DNA from: Paragordius varius
Taxonomy: Eukaryota; Animalia; Nematomorpha
DNA: 64,000 nucleotides
Direction: 5' to 3'
Assembly (NCBI GenBank): GCA_964247055.1
Contig: OZ176051.1
Location: 12,400,001 to 12,464,000 of the forward strand
Shown: positions 36,050 through 49,245 of the stretch, piece by piece
Position numbering within the stretch: the stretch's first letter is position 1
Layout of the letters: every line of letters starts with the position of its first letter
Made by a program: the position numbers and the translations under genes
Notes under the pieces: generated by a model
Databases searched by the model: none
Told to the model about the DNA's origin: nothing
The model's input: the letters and a program-made list of their open reading frames with translations, nothing else

Positions 36050-37088
36050 ATGATGTTTTTTTCAATCATACTCCTCATTGGGTGCCAGTATATATTAGCT
36101 CAATTACGGTTTGAATCAAAAGATATTCAGGTTCGGTATGAAACAAAGTTTTACGATCGACTTCTCGATGAATTCCCAGGAAGAGCTAACATAACAGTCA
36201 ATTTTGCGTACGCAACATTTCCCTACTACAATGTCAACTATAGCCAATTTGTTGATCAAGGGATTATTCCCAAATTAAACTTGGTTGATGGCCCTTATTT
36301 GATATTAGAAAATGGTGTCCCAATTAGACGCGGAAGGATTTATTTCTACGGTAAATAGTAATTCAAAGATAAATTTAAAAAAAAGTCTTATTGAAATTTT
36401 ATAATTTATATAGAATTCTATTTAATTGGTAAAATACTTTGTTTTCATGTATAATCTCATCTGAGTAGCAATCAATGTATTTCCAATTTAAACTTATAAA
36501 ACATGTTGATTAGGCCATCAATAAAAATTATATTAATCTAAATCATTATTACAATTCTTATTTGTTATAATATTATTTTTGCTAGAATGGGCAAATTTAC
36601 TCGAGGTCAGAACATATCATATGAAGGAATTTAATTTGGATTTAGCTAATTATTGGCAAGCTGACAAAAATTCTCGAAAATCCCCTAACATTCAAATATC
36701 TACCAAATATGGAAGACGGGTGCCATTTAAAGTATCAAACAATACCAAAATAAATTTTGCGATGAAGGGTTTATTTGATTATAGCGGATTTTTGTCCGTA
36801 ACAATAAATAATAAAACACTAAAGTTCGCCACACACGTTGGTTACTATTTAAGTGATTATAAGACTTATAATGGGCGAATGATACATCAACAAGAATGTT
36901 CAAATCTGTTCGAAGATCCAAATTTAGCCAAAACGTGTCAATTAACTCTTTTGGATGGTGATGGTAATATCCTGCAAACCAGCATCCGTTCAATTCGAAT
37001 CAATCGGACAGTGGTGGGAAATAAGTTTATGCAATTAAATATTGATAACGACAATTTACATACATGGACGATAAGAATAAATGGTTAG
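36050..37088 (+). CDS. Orphan secreted protein, 267 aa, 2 exons (36050-36350 and 36586-37088)
   Basis: Signal-peptide-like MMFFSIILLIGCQYILA|QL. The intron G|gtaaat...ttttgctag|AA (phase 1) joins the two ORFs of the track in frame. Five N-X-S/T sequons (NIT, NYS, NNT, NKT, NRT) and one Cys pair in the mature region. No family recognised. Confidence 0.75.
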
Positions 37089-37390
37089 TTTTTTGTCTTC
37101 CCTTCATAACCAAAACATTAGCATGAATTTTGTTAAAAACAATTAATATTATACTTATCATAGAAATAAAGGATAAATCAACTGGTAACTTTGTTCCTTC
37201 CTCTAACAGAACGATTGTGACGTTAAGTAAGTTATTTATTGCATAATTAAATCAATTTTGACACTATTATGACTATTCAACAAAACATAAACGAATATAT
37301 CTTCAATAGTTAAAAGTTTTTATATGCATTCAGATTATAATACCCTATCTAAAAATGCTACACAAAGCAGTGCAATCATTTAAAAATGTC

Positions 37391-38250
37391 ATGGCATATA
37401 TTTTTTTTCTATTTTTCCTTTTTTCGTTTTACGCATTTGAATAAGCATTTAAAAGAGGTCAGTCACAACGATAGATCGGTCGAAACAGGGACTCTATTTT
37501 TGTAATAAATACATACATTGTTTACTATTATAACTTATTATGAAACATATTTAGCCAAAAGTGTAAGGAAATACTATGGATGTGAAGATGTTGTTAGTTT
37601 CACAACACTCGGGTGGAATGTGAGGGATGTTGAGCTCCTAGGACCTACTTATGAATATTTGACGAAATTCGAGATTTACATGAACAACAATATTTTGGTT
37701 GTAAGTGGCCCCAGAGCAGAAATATCCAAATACAACAAAATTTATTTGAAAAAATCGAATTTGCTTCACGAAATCACATTAGTGGGTGAGAAATGCAAAA
37801 ACGAACGGAAAAGTAACTATTATGACAAATATGAAATATTGTGTTATTTGTTAATCATAAAATTGTTTGCTTTTTGATACATTGGCTAATAATAGGGGAT
37901 TGTGTGATGCGCTTAAATTTAACTATAATAACATTATTTAATACACGTAATTATCACACCGTTATTCCCCCGTGTGTCTTGATGGAAACATTATTAAGAT
38001 TATTTGAATTTTTTATATCTTAGATATTGAATGGAACAACCGTGCCAGTACCTGGGATCAAATCAAATCTTATCTCCTACCAAATCAATATAGCACGAGA
38101 ATGATAGTGTATAATGCTCATTATCAATACCAGTATGCGACATATTGTAGAGCGGATTCTTGTAGAAACTTGCTTTTGTCGGCTGGAGATCGTCTTGGAT
38201 TAATTAATAATCATTATAATTTATATGTTAGACCTATGGATAGGTCCTAA
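37391..38250 (+). pseudogene. Probable pseudogene of a secreted orphan protein
   Basis: Hydrophobic start MAYIFF.., a possible 52-nt intron at 37502-37553, an open stretch (KSVRKYYGCEDVV...), then a frameshift near 37860 and one frame with three stops ending LDIEWNNRASTWDQIK...YCRADSCRNLLLSAG...RS*. The composition is coding-like but multiply disabled. Confidence 0.4.
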
Positions 38251-39286
38251 GTCGAAATGGGTTTCGTTTTCAAATAATAAATTACAATAAAATTATATTA
38301 ATTTCGTTTTTTTTACAAAATCAATAAATAGGTATATTGTGATGGATTTAAGATTTTGTGCTAAATGTTATTATAAAAATAGACCTAAATAATGTTTAAA
38401 AAGCAGACAATGTTAAACAAAATACATATACAACTTCCAAAATATGTTGTGATAAAATCACATAAATCATTTACATCTTAAATTTTACTATTATGGATAT
38501 TTTTGATTGGATATTTAAGCCCTATTTGTTGGTTATTAGTATTTTGTAAAACAAATCAAATTAAGGAATGAATATTTGTTTATTAGCATAAAACATTTAT
38601 GTATATGCAAAAAAAGGGTTAACAAAAATTTTGTTTTTCATGAGATAGCATATGACCAGTGATTTCATTTGCCGCAAAAATAATTTGTTGACGACCTAGT
38701 TTTAAAAATATTAAAAAAAATCGAAATCGGGCAAAAAGTGAAAGGATAATTCAAAAAATAATGTAAAAGTTGAGATATGGTTTATTATCATTTTAGGTTA
38801 TTTTCAATATATAAATAGCCTAAAAATATTTAATAGGGTTTCTATAAAATCTTAACTCAAAAAATGGCGTTTTTCTTTTAACACACTTAAAAGTCAATAA
38901 AAAATTTATGAAACTATGTTAAAATAATATTTTTTAATTATTTACTAGCTAAACTCACTATTAAAATCTTAACATTCATATTTTATTCAGTAAAAAAACT
39001 TCTATATCAAAATTAAACTAAAAATATTGTTTTTTATTTTTACATTTTTTAGTCATCTGGTTTATAAGTGTATAAAAATTTATACTGTATTATTTTGGAA
39101 TTTTACATAAATGGGAGTTAGAAGTATATAATTAGTGCAAAATAGGATTTTAAAGTAGTGGAATATCAACCAACTATCCGTACAAATTAAGTTTGTTTTA
39201 ACACAAATTAATATTTTTAGTGGGATATGTACGGATCTTTGATTAATTTTTCACTAATTCTGTATTAATTTATATACTTTCGCTCA

Positions 39287-40937
39287 TCTATATATCTATA
39301 AAAATGGAAAAAAATGCTGGCTTTGTGATCTGTTTCAGGAAAACCGGTAGACCCATTTAAATCCAAATATCAAAAAATATAATCATTAATGAATGCCCCG
39401 ACAATAGTTTAGCCCTTTTTAATTAGTCCCCAATTCGGGCCCGCCCCGTGTGTAAAGAACCTTTTTTAAAAAAAAACAAGTCCACAAAAATCGTTTTCGA
39501 GACAATTTTCCGGAAGCGTTGGAACATTCGATTCCAAATATGATTTTTTATTTTTATTCGATTGCGCCGAGCATAGTCGGCTCAATTTTTAATTTAGGAG
39601 CCCCCCCCCCCCCCCCCCCTAAAATACCATGTTTTTCAAAAAAATTAAGTCCACAAAAATAATTTTTGGCTTTATTTTTCGCCCAAGGTATGAGACCGTA
39701 AAAATTCATTAAGGATTCCAGGTCTTCCTTATTAAAAGGCAATTTTAGTCGTGGGTTTCTTTCATATTCTCTGCCGGGTAAGGAGCTACCCGACTGATCC
39801 GTCATATCGAAATAGATACCTTTGGTAAATTTCGGAAAACCTATCAGGCCATATGAGTTCAATCAAAAATTTAATTCGATCGGATTTGTTAAATTACCGG
39901 TTAAATAGACCCTTCACGCTCTGAGAAATGCGCCACCATAGAATAATTTTTTAATTTTGAGACAATTTTTCCGAAAAATAATGAGAGCATATGGAATAAT
40001 TCATGATTCCGGGTATTTTCCGTAAAAAAGCAACAATATTAAAGAAGCGCTTTTTTTATCAGCCTCTGGATAGGGAGCTACACGCCTAAAACTGCTCCAC
40101 CATATCAAAATTGAGTTGTTTAGGAGTTAATTTTCAGAAAACTTATCCAGCCATATAAGTTTGATGAGGGCTTGAATTATTACCCGTAAAAAGGCAAAAA
40201 TTTTAGTAGAGTGGTTTTATTAAATCCCCTTAAGGCCCATGCACAGAAAAAGACGCGACCATAGAATGGCTTATTATTGGTTTTGAGACAATTTTTTAAA
40301 AATCTCACGATAGCATATGAAATCAGTCATGATTCCAGGTATTACCCGAATTAAGGCAAAAATTTTAATCGAGCGTTTTTTTGTTTCGCCCCTGGTTAAG
40401 GGGTCACCCGCATAAATCTGCGACACCATATCGATACAGTATGCCTTTGGAGCCGAATTTCAGAAAACCTATGTGTTTAATAGGAACATATGGAATCTAT
40501 GACAATTCCAGATATCAAATAAAGGCAAAAATTTTTCCCAACGCTTTATTACCCCCTGGGTAAAGAGCTACGTGCCAAAACTACGCCACTATATAGAAAT
40601 TGCGTTGTTTTGGAACTAATCAGAAAATTTATGAAGCCATATGAGTTCATTAAAACTTGAAATATTACCCGTAACAGATAAAAATTAAGGTCAGGCCTTT
40701 TTTATTAGCCGTTAATTTGGGGCCTTTATGCCCCTAAAAATAGGCCAATCACATAACGATTATTTAGTGTTAAGGTATTTTTGAAAACACCATGAGACGA
40801 TGGTATCAAAGATGATTCCAAATATTTGCGCTATAAAGGCAAAGATTTCGACTCGCTTTTCCATATGGTCTATGGGTAGGTGTCTACCGGTTTAAAACTG
40901 AGACGCCATACAAAAATGGCGTGGTTTACACATTTCT
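39287..40937 (+). mobile_element. Non-autonomous Helitron family C, copy 2 (3'-truncated)
   Basis: Classic 5' end A|TCTATATATCTATAAAAATGG at 39287; internal ~160/325-bp repeats; collinear with the reverse complement of 43700-45350. Confidence 0.75.
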
Positions 40938-40939
40938 GG

Positions 40940-42688
40940 CGAATTTTTATATCATTCTTTCCTTTAAAAGGGGACCAAAAATGAGTTACTTTTATGTCCC
41001 TTGATCCCAGCTGTGTGAACATAATTTTAAAATAAAACTTTTAACCATCATTTTGTAAAACGAAAATCTTATATTAAATCCAATGATAGTTGAATATTAA
41101 CTTTCAAAGGGACAATTTGAATTTGGTCAATTTCGAATAAACAATATTTGAGCCTATAAACTCGTAAAAGAATAATTAAAGACATTTTTTTATTTAATAT
41201 GTTATTCATTATTTTATCTCCATTACCTCTATTTATTGCAAATTGTTAAGATATCGGTGCTACATCACAGCGAAGCGTTACAGGGCAAGCTAGTGTGAAA
41301 TAAAAATAAGACAGGCATTGAATCAAATATAAGTCCATTATATTTACTTTTTCTATGTCATTGATCAATTTAGCTTTAACTCTTGATGCTAAAGGATGTA
41401 TAAACTTTTGGATTTCAGATGAAACATAGGATAAATTGTTAGGCGATTCAATGTTTCTCAGGTTTTCTCCCATTATTTGGTCAAACCGAGCTACAAGTTT
41501 TAGTAACGATAAGATTCTAGCATTTGGCGCTGAGTCATCCAGATACATTAAACTAACATGTCCTTGAAAAGGGAGATTTCGGTTGATAAGAAATTTCATG
41601 CAGGCCAATATTTGATGTGATAGGATCGATCAAAAAGTAGGCAACAATAACAATACGCAGATCTGTTCTTTGGTGAATATAAAAACCAAGACCTTTCAAC
41701 TTCAAATCCTTCTTTTTAACCGACACGTCGAAAAAACCAAATTGGGGCATTGAACGGATGATTTTTAGTTTCAAAGAATGGCATTTATTTTAATATATTT
41801 GAGGTCTACGAATAATCATTTTTGTGCGAAGCTGATTAGATATTACGGGTGGAAAATTATTATTAGAAAAAGGCGTCATCATTAAACTCTATAGATATAG
41901 CGCTTGGAATTACTAATGGTATATTTGTAGTTTTCTTATCTCTATATAGGAATAACTTGGGTTTCAGGTGCAGTAAAGTTTTATTGTTTGTATCGCATAC
42001 ACTTTTTCAATGTTATGGTCAGATATTTTCGTTAAATAAGATTTCATACTCATTCGCATTTTATTTGTTTTATTCTCTTCATGAATTTTTCGTTTCCTAT
42101 TTGCATAGCCGCTGAGTTTAGGCATTGATATCTGATGAATATGAAAGTAATAAAAAATACAAGGCTATATTAATAATATAAACCTACCCTGTTGGAGATG
42201 GAATGATCTTGTTAAAAAAATTAAATTGTTTTTTTAAATTGAATATGTATAAAATAAAAATGCAATTATAAATTATAAAATTAAGAGATAAAGTTTTGAA
42301 CAGAGCGAGAAGTTAAAATAATTAAATTAAAGGCAATAAAAGTATTAACAATATTTGCGTGATAAAGAAACGTTTTTTAAGCGAAAAAATAAGTTTTCAC
42401 ATCTTGAAGGGAATAATGAAAGTTGTTTTTTGCATAATGTTTGATCTTGATCTCATTTATATAATATTTATATTATTTTGGGGGTTACCTAAGTCGCTGA
42501 AAAATCTTACTTGAAAGTTGTTATTATTAGTGCATAATTTAAATTTAATTTTAAAAAAATCATGTAGGCGTCCCTAAATAACGGCGCCCGAGGCATGATG
42601 CACCCCCTTGCCCTACCCCCCTCCCCCTTGCCCTACCCCCCCCCCCCTTGCCCTACCCCCCCCCCCCCCCCCCATCGGTACGCCACTT
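40940..42688 (-). mobile_element. Truncated hAT-Tip100/ZMYM1-like (DUF4371-type) transposon
   Basis: Terminus (a)AGTGGCGTACC at 42688 followed by ggcaagggg repeats. Remnants: KFLINRNLPFQGH..ARILSLLKLVARFDQIMGENL..SYVSSEIQKFI..LASRVKAKLINDI, DVAPIS and IKGHKS. The other end is missing. Confidence 0.7.
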
Positions 42689-43368
42689 ACCAAATGAAAA
42701 AATAAAAAACAATATTTTTTATTTATATTTTGATGTAGAATTTTTTTACTGAATAAAATATCAATGTTTAGATTTTACTAGTTATTTAACTAGTAAATAA
42801 TTATAAAATTATTTTTATATAGTTTCAAAAAAAGTGTAAAAAGAAAAACGCCATCTTATGAAATGAGATTTTATAGAAACCCTATTTATATGATTTTAAG
42901 CTATTTATATATTGAAAATATCTCCTAAAATAATAATAAACCATAAAATTTCAACTTTTATCATTTTTTTTGAATTGTCCTTTATTATCCTTAATTTTCA
43001 CTTTTTGCCCGATTTCGATTTTTTTTCAACATTTTAAAAACTAGCTCGTAAACAAATAAAATTTTTACGGCAAATGAATACGCTGGTTATAAGTCTCATG
43101 AAAAAAAAAATTTAGAATTTTTTTGCAGACAATGTAATATATATATATATATAAATATATATTATTAAATTCTGAAAGTCCATCATGTATTTAATATCAA
43201 GTTAAATGATCCTTTGAGTTGGCTTCCAAACAATTATGAATGTATTAAAAGGTGTGAATGATTCACTATTTACATACCTATACGTATATAACGGGCTTCA
43301 AGTTTTTAAGGCATGGGTACACCAGGCATATTAGTAATATTAACGTATTTTTGATTTATATAAATTTA

Positions 43369-45354
43369 CTAGCGTAAATCTCGTACTGCTACGCAGCCCT
43401 AGGAAGTCTATTGGACTTCTGGGGGGAAGGGGGGGGAGGCTATTTTAAAAAAAGGACAATAAAATCCATAGATGTGGATTATTTCGAAACATTATTTAAT
43501 AGCTAGGATCTCATAGATTTTGAAAACGGTGCATTCATACTAATATATTGTTTACAGGTGTAAAGGCCCTAAATTGAAACGGAAAAAACCGCTATACTAT
43601 AATTTTTACTTTTTTATGGGTAATATTTAAAGCCTTTATTGAACTCGTATGGCTTCTTGAATTTTATGAAAATTAGCTCCAAAGCCACGCCATTTTTGTA
43701 TGGTGTCTCAGTTTTAAACCGGTAGACCCCTACCCATAGGCCTATGTGGAAAAAGCGCTAAGTTAAATTTTTTGGCTTTACAGAGAAAATATATGGAACA
43801 ACTTTTAAACCATCGTCGCATGGGTTATTCGAAAAAAATACCTCAACACTAATCTTTATATGATAGCGTATTTTTAGGGCACAAAGGCCCCAAAATAACG
43901 GCTAATAAAAAAAGGCCTGACCTTAATTTTTATTTAGTTACGGGTAATAATTCGAACTTTAAATGAGCTCATATGGCATAAGTTTATAATTAGTTCCAAA
44001 ACAACGCAATTTCTATATAGTGGCACAGTTTTTGACGGGTAGCTTCTTACCTAGAGGCACATATAAAAAAGCGTTGGGCAATATTTTTGTCTTTATATGG
44101 GGAATATCTGGAATAATGTCCATATGATCCTATAAAATCTTGGAAGTATTCCTTCAAAACCAAAAAATTGTTCTATGGCGTGAATTTTTCAGGGCGCAAT
44201 ACCTTTTTTAGCGACTCATTGAAATACCCCCCCCCCTTATACTAAAATATTTGTTTTTTAAGGGGTAATAAATATTTTAGGCCGTTATTGAACTCACATA
44301 ATCCTATAAGTTTTCTGAAATTTGGCTCCAAAGTCATGCTAAATCGATATAGTGACGCATTTTTACGCGGGGAGCCCCCTAACCAGAGCCTATTTAACAG
44401 CTAATTTAAAAAAAACCGATCGACTTAAATTTTTGCCTTTTTACGGGTAGTATTTCAGGCCCTTATAAATCCTATATGGCCTGATTTTTGAAATTAAACT
44501 CCTAAACAACGCAATTTTGATATGGTGGCGCAGTTTTAGGCGTGTAGCTCCCTACCCAGAGGCTGATAAAAAAGCGCTTCATTAATATGTTTGCCTTTTT
44601 ACGGAGAATACCTGGAATCATGGATGATTCCATATGCTCTCATTATTTTTCGGAATTGCCTCAAAATTTAAAAATTATTCTATGGTGACGCAATTTTCAG
44701 GGCGTAAAGAGCCTATTTAACCGGTAATTTAATAAATCCGATCGACTTAAATTTTTGACTTTTTACGGGTAATATCTTAAGCACGGATTAAACTCATATG
44801 GCCTGATAGGTTTTCTGAAATTTACCAAAGGTACACTATTTCGATATGACTGATCAGTTTTTAGCGGGTAGCTCCTTACCCGGCAGCAAATATAAAGGAA
44901 AACGACTAAAGTTTTTGCTTTTTAACAGGGAAGACCTGGAATCCTTATTGAAATTTTACGGTCTCATACCTTCGGTGAAAAATAGATTCAAAAAATTATT
45001 TTTGTGGACCTATTTTTTTTAAAAATTTTACGGGGGGGAGCGAAAAAGAGGGCCTAAATCAAAACAGCCAGCCGACTATGTTTGGTGCAATCGCAAATAG
45101 GTAAAAAAATCATATGGTCCAACACGTTTTTGGGAAAATTGTCTCAAAGATACGATTTTTGTGGACTTGTTTTCAAAAAAACAGTTTTTTACACGGGGTG
45201 GGCCCTAACTGGGGGCCTAATTCAAAAAAGGGCGAAGGTAGGGGCATTTATTAATGATTATATTTTTTCGATATTTGGACTTGAATGGGTCTACCGGTTT
45301 TCCGGAAACAGATCACAAAGCCACCACTTTCCATTTTGATAAATATATATATAT
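43369..45354 (-). mobile_element. Non-autonomous Helitron family C, copy 3 (both ends present)
   Basis: Minus-strand 3' end: hairpin CTGC-GTA-GCAG, about 14 nt, then CTAG|T (CTAG at 43369-43372). The 5' end ..tatatatttatcaaaatggaaagtggtggctttgtg is near 45354. Confidence 0.8.
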
Positions 45355-47121
45355 TTTTAAAAAATGATTTAAATTGAAAATAAAATTTCTTAGCCTAAGA
45401 GAAACGATTTGGTTGGAATGCATGCTCATATTTTTTGCAATATTAAATATTAAAGATATTGAAATTACAATTTTCATCAAACATTTATATGTTCTCGAAC
45501 CACCTATTCTCTAAAAGTATATTAAATTTACTCTAAATTGGGATAAATTTGGTCGAAATATAAGCAAAAAATCAAATTTTTACCGATAATATTTGGGATT
45601 TCGGAATTTCTAGGCCAAACCAATTAAATTGCCATTTAGAATAATATTATATATTGATTGTTATTTAAAATTATCAATCATAGAATACTCAATTCTAATA
45701 TAATAATTGCAATATTAAAATTGTAAAATAAATGCTGTGATTGTTGCGTACATAATATGGCAGTTAATTTTAATAATTTATATATTTTTTATTATTATTT
45801 ACAGATTTGTTTCACAAAAATTTTATATCCTAATTTTTAAAATATATTAATCTAATATCGGAATTAAAAATAAATTAATACATTTTGTAACGATCATTTG
45901 TAAATTAAAAACCAAATATTTGAGCTATATGCCAAAATAGTAAAAGGTAGGATAAAAAATATGTTTTTTTTGTTTTTTTTCTAAAAAGCTATATGAGAAT
46001 ATTGGTAAATTTTTTATTGAAAATTTCAGTTCAAAATCAGAAAATATTAACTGAAAATAGAAATTTTAATTTAAAAGTCTTTAAATTTATTTCATCTCAA
46101 TTTAATGTAATAATTTTGGTTCCTAAGGAGATTGAATTTTAAGTGGAGTTTATGACTCATTGATTGATTTCTTCATTGTCGTCCTAAACCAATTAGATGT
46201 GAGTATTAGATGTTTGCATCCCTTTTAAGCCAACATATATTGTAAATATTTATTATGATTATTAAGCCAAGGTATCTCATAGTCGTCTTTCATGTGATTT
46301 TTGCCCATCAACTATCCCAATAGAATGGATGTTCAAAAGGTCAATTTTTTAAATCTAGAAGCCTATTTGTGAAAATTATGTTAAACTTGAATATATTTGC
46401 TTCCATCTTTTTCATCAAGTCGTTCGAAAACCCAATCATGTTCGCAGTTGTGTAGTCTTTCAGAGCCTCCACACTCTTTAACATAAAATCCCAATTTTTA
46501 CTATTAGAAACCGTATTTCACTTGTATTAATTGAGAGAGCATATTCATCACATACAAACGATAACTTTCATCAGTGTTCGTTATGGCCCGCAAATGGTTT
46601 GTTTCAGCATAATTATTACTGACAAATGAAAATGTCGCTAGTTTTTGGAAAAGTTAACTAGTGTGTTTGTCTTATCAACTTTAACTATGATATGGATCAA
46701 AATAGACTCGTATTTTCTCGACGTCTTTTCTCGTATGCGCAACAAACGATAAATGTTTATGAATCATATATCATTTGATACCTAAAATTCGGGGTGATAA
46801 AGATACCATTTTTTATTTAAACGCAATTTTAAGCAAACGCATTTAATCATGCGAAGACAACTGAAATTTTTTTTATATGTTTGTTTAAAAAAATATGCGT
46901 TTGCTTGAAAAATTTTGTCTTTGCTTAAAAAGTTGCGTATGAAAAAATGTTGCGTTTGGTCGAAATGTGGGGTTCGGTTGAAAAAATGTTGCTTTTGATT
47001 GAAAATGGTATATCAAAATAATAAATGCGGCTACAATACCAGGAAAAAAGTTATATTAATTTTTCTGCTATTAGCCAAAATAAACGGATTTTTATAGCAC
47101 ATTAGAACAAATATAAATAAA

Positions 47122-47416
47122 TAGTGGTTCGCAAAAGGGGGGCATAGAAAAATCTAAAATAGGGACGTGAAAAATTTGGATATTTAATTAAAAATAAAAC
47201 TAGAAACAAATTGAAGGATTTCAGATGCGTATTATCAAGATTTGACACCGATATAGAAAGATATTTCGAAAATGCAGATATAAAGAATTTTGATTGGGAT
47301 TATCATATTATAACATATTTTACATTTTTATGTTTGATTTTTTGAGGGGGGGAGGGGGGGCAAGAATTTTAGTTTCAATTTGGTGAGGCGTGAAAAAAAA
47401 AGGTTGGGAACCACTG
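47122..47416. mobile_element. hAT-Charlie-like MITE
   Basis: (t)agtggttcgcaa ... ggttgggaaccactg TIRs; same family as 14673; TSD not recognisable. Confidence 0.6.
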
Positions 47417-48951
47417 CAATAGAGGAAAACGAATCAAAGAAATTTTATTTGTTAACATGGACCATGATAATAAACCTAAACACAAAAAATTATCTATAAT
47501 TTACGCTTTTTCAGAGGGTTTTAGAAATTTATAAAAATCGCGCTCTAGCTTTTTGATAATTTGGAAGCGAAAGTAGAACATATTTTCACAAAACATTCAA
47601 TATATATATACCTTTTTCATATATTTTTATGCAAGAAAAAGATCTATCTCTTCAGTCTACATCTTTTTACATTTCATTTATTTTTTATATATTTAAAAAT
47701 TTGCATTTTTTTATATTGTGCCATTTTTTATCAACTTTTTTCATAACAACTTTTTTATGAGTTTTCAGAACATTTATTTTATCTAGGAATGATGAGTAGT
47801 AGAACGGCCAAATAAACGACTCAGGGCTATGGCGGTCAGATTAAGGGAAACTACTATGATGATGGTATATATCTTCTAATGCAGGGGCGACACGCGAACC
47901 GCGGGTTTAGCATGCACTGCGAAAAGTTTGAAACTCCATATTTTGCAAAAATATCTCACAAAATAGTAAAAATGATATTTCCAACAAAATTTTTTGCTTA
48001 CAGTTATGCCGATGATTAAGACTTTTGTTTTATCTGTGCTAGTTTTCAAACAAAAATATTTTTTCAGAAAATTAATTTGATTAATAGGTGTTTTGCGTAA
48101 CTATATTATAATGTAATCAGGGTTTGATTCCAAATGGTAAAGTTTTTTATTTGCGGTGATTAGGCCCATGATAAATATAAATATTGTGAGGCAAGATGGA
48201 GTTATTGTGTAGCCCTACACTTATTGACTAATTGTTATCTTTCACTAGATGTCTCAAGCGAATCATAGTGTTCTCCTTTAATTAATTACTATCATAAATT
48301 GGGATTTTATTTTTCTTTAAGCAAAAATCATAGGCAGTTTGATGCAGTCGATAGCACGGTTTGATGTCATAAATTTATTTTTAATTTTGAAATTTTCTTG
48401 CCAACATTTAAAAAGTATGGCGTCATTGGTGAAGGCACTGTTGAAATCTGTTTTATTAATCGAGCAAAATATTTATTTCTATTAAATTTCACAAAATTTT
48501 GCAGCAACAGGAATTAAGTATGTTTCTATAAAAAGTGATAATTTTGTTCCAATCTCCTGGGATTTTTTCTTTTTTATCATAAGGTTGCTTGAATTAGGTT
48601 GCGTTTGGTATAATTTTATGATTTGTTTGTTAGATGCTTTAATTTTACAATTTTGTATGGGTAAGCTCACATTTCATGTGGTAGTGATTAAACAAGTAAG
48701 CTAATTTGACATTTGAGTGCTGAAAAGTTTAGTGTATTTTCCCTCCTAGATCCATACATTTTGGATACTAAACGTTTGAATAACTTCATTATAATATTTA
48801 TGGCATTTACAACCCAAAAATATTTTCCTATTTTTTAGGTTTTTTGGCTATTCCCAAACATATTTTTCTTTTTTGTTTTATTTTCTTTCGCTTTTTTCTC
48901 CATAATGTAAGCATGTTTGACATTTTTCCTTTTTTATTTTTCTCTCCATAA

Positions 48952-49245
48952 TAGGAGTGTCCGACACATGGCTTGCGGGCCGCATGAGTCATTAGGTATC
49001 TTTTGCGGCTCATAAAAAAATTAATAAAATATAAATGGATCTATAGTTTAAAATATCCTATATACACTTATTTATTTTGGATTCAAATTAAATCTAAGGA
49101 ATGTATTTTCCATCTTTGACAAAATATAATATATAGTAGTTTTATTGCGCTAGGTATAAATATGATAAAATAAATATTGATGGCCATATATTTCGAATGC
49201 GGCCCTCAGTTTCTGAAATGCGACCCGCGAGGCTGAACACCCCTG
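48952..49245. mobile_element. hAT-Charlie-like MITE (CAGGGGTGTCC type)
   Basis: taggagtgtccgac..gcgggccgcatg ... atgcggccc..tgaacacccctg; degenerate TSD ctccataa/atctatag. Confidence 0.6.

Larger units (their letters stand above)
38595..43134. mobile_element. Foldback family A, copy 3, split by Helitron and hAT insertions
   Basis: The left arm (~38595-39285) and right arm (~42689-43134, ending ttttgcagacaatg|taa) match copies 1 and 2. The left terminus is degenerate. Confidence 0.7.

Noticed and set aside
37880-38250. In-frame TAA/TGA suggesting stop-codon reassignment or readthrough
   Set aside because: All intact genes in the window use standard stops, and frameshifts co-occur, so pseudogenisation is simpler.
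39554-39862. 102-aa ORF with poly-Gly, and other ORFs in family C (3003, 3430, 40381, 45082)
   Set aside because: They lie in non-coding Helitron repeats, the poly-Gly comes from a poly-C tract, and the frames are not conserved among the three copies.
46150-46770. Coding-like minus-strand stretch (RAITNTDESYRLYV...)
   Set aside because: It has many stops and frameshifts and only vague hAT C-terminal similarity; probably an old TE relic but not supportable as a feature.
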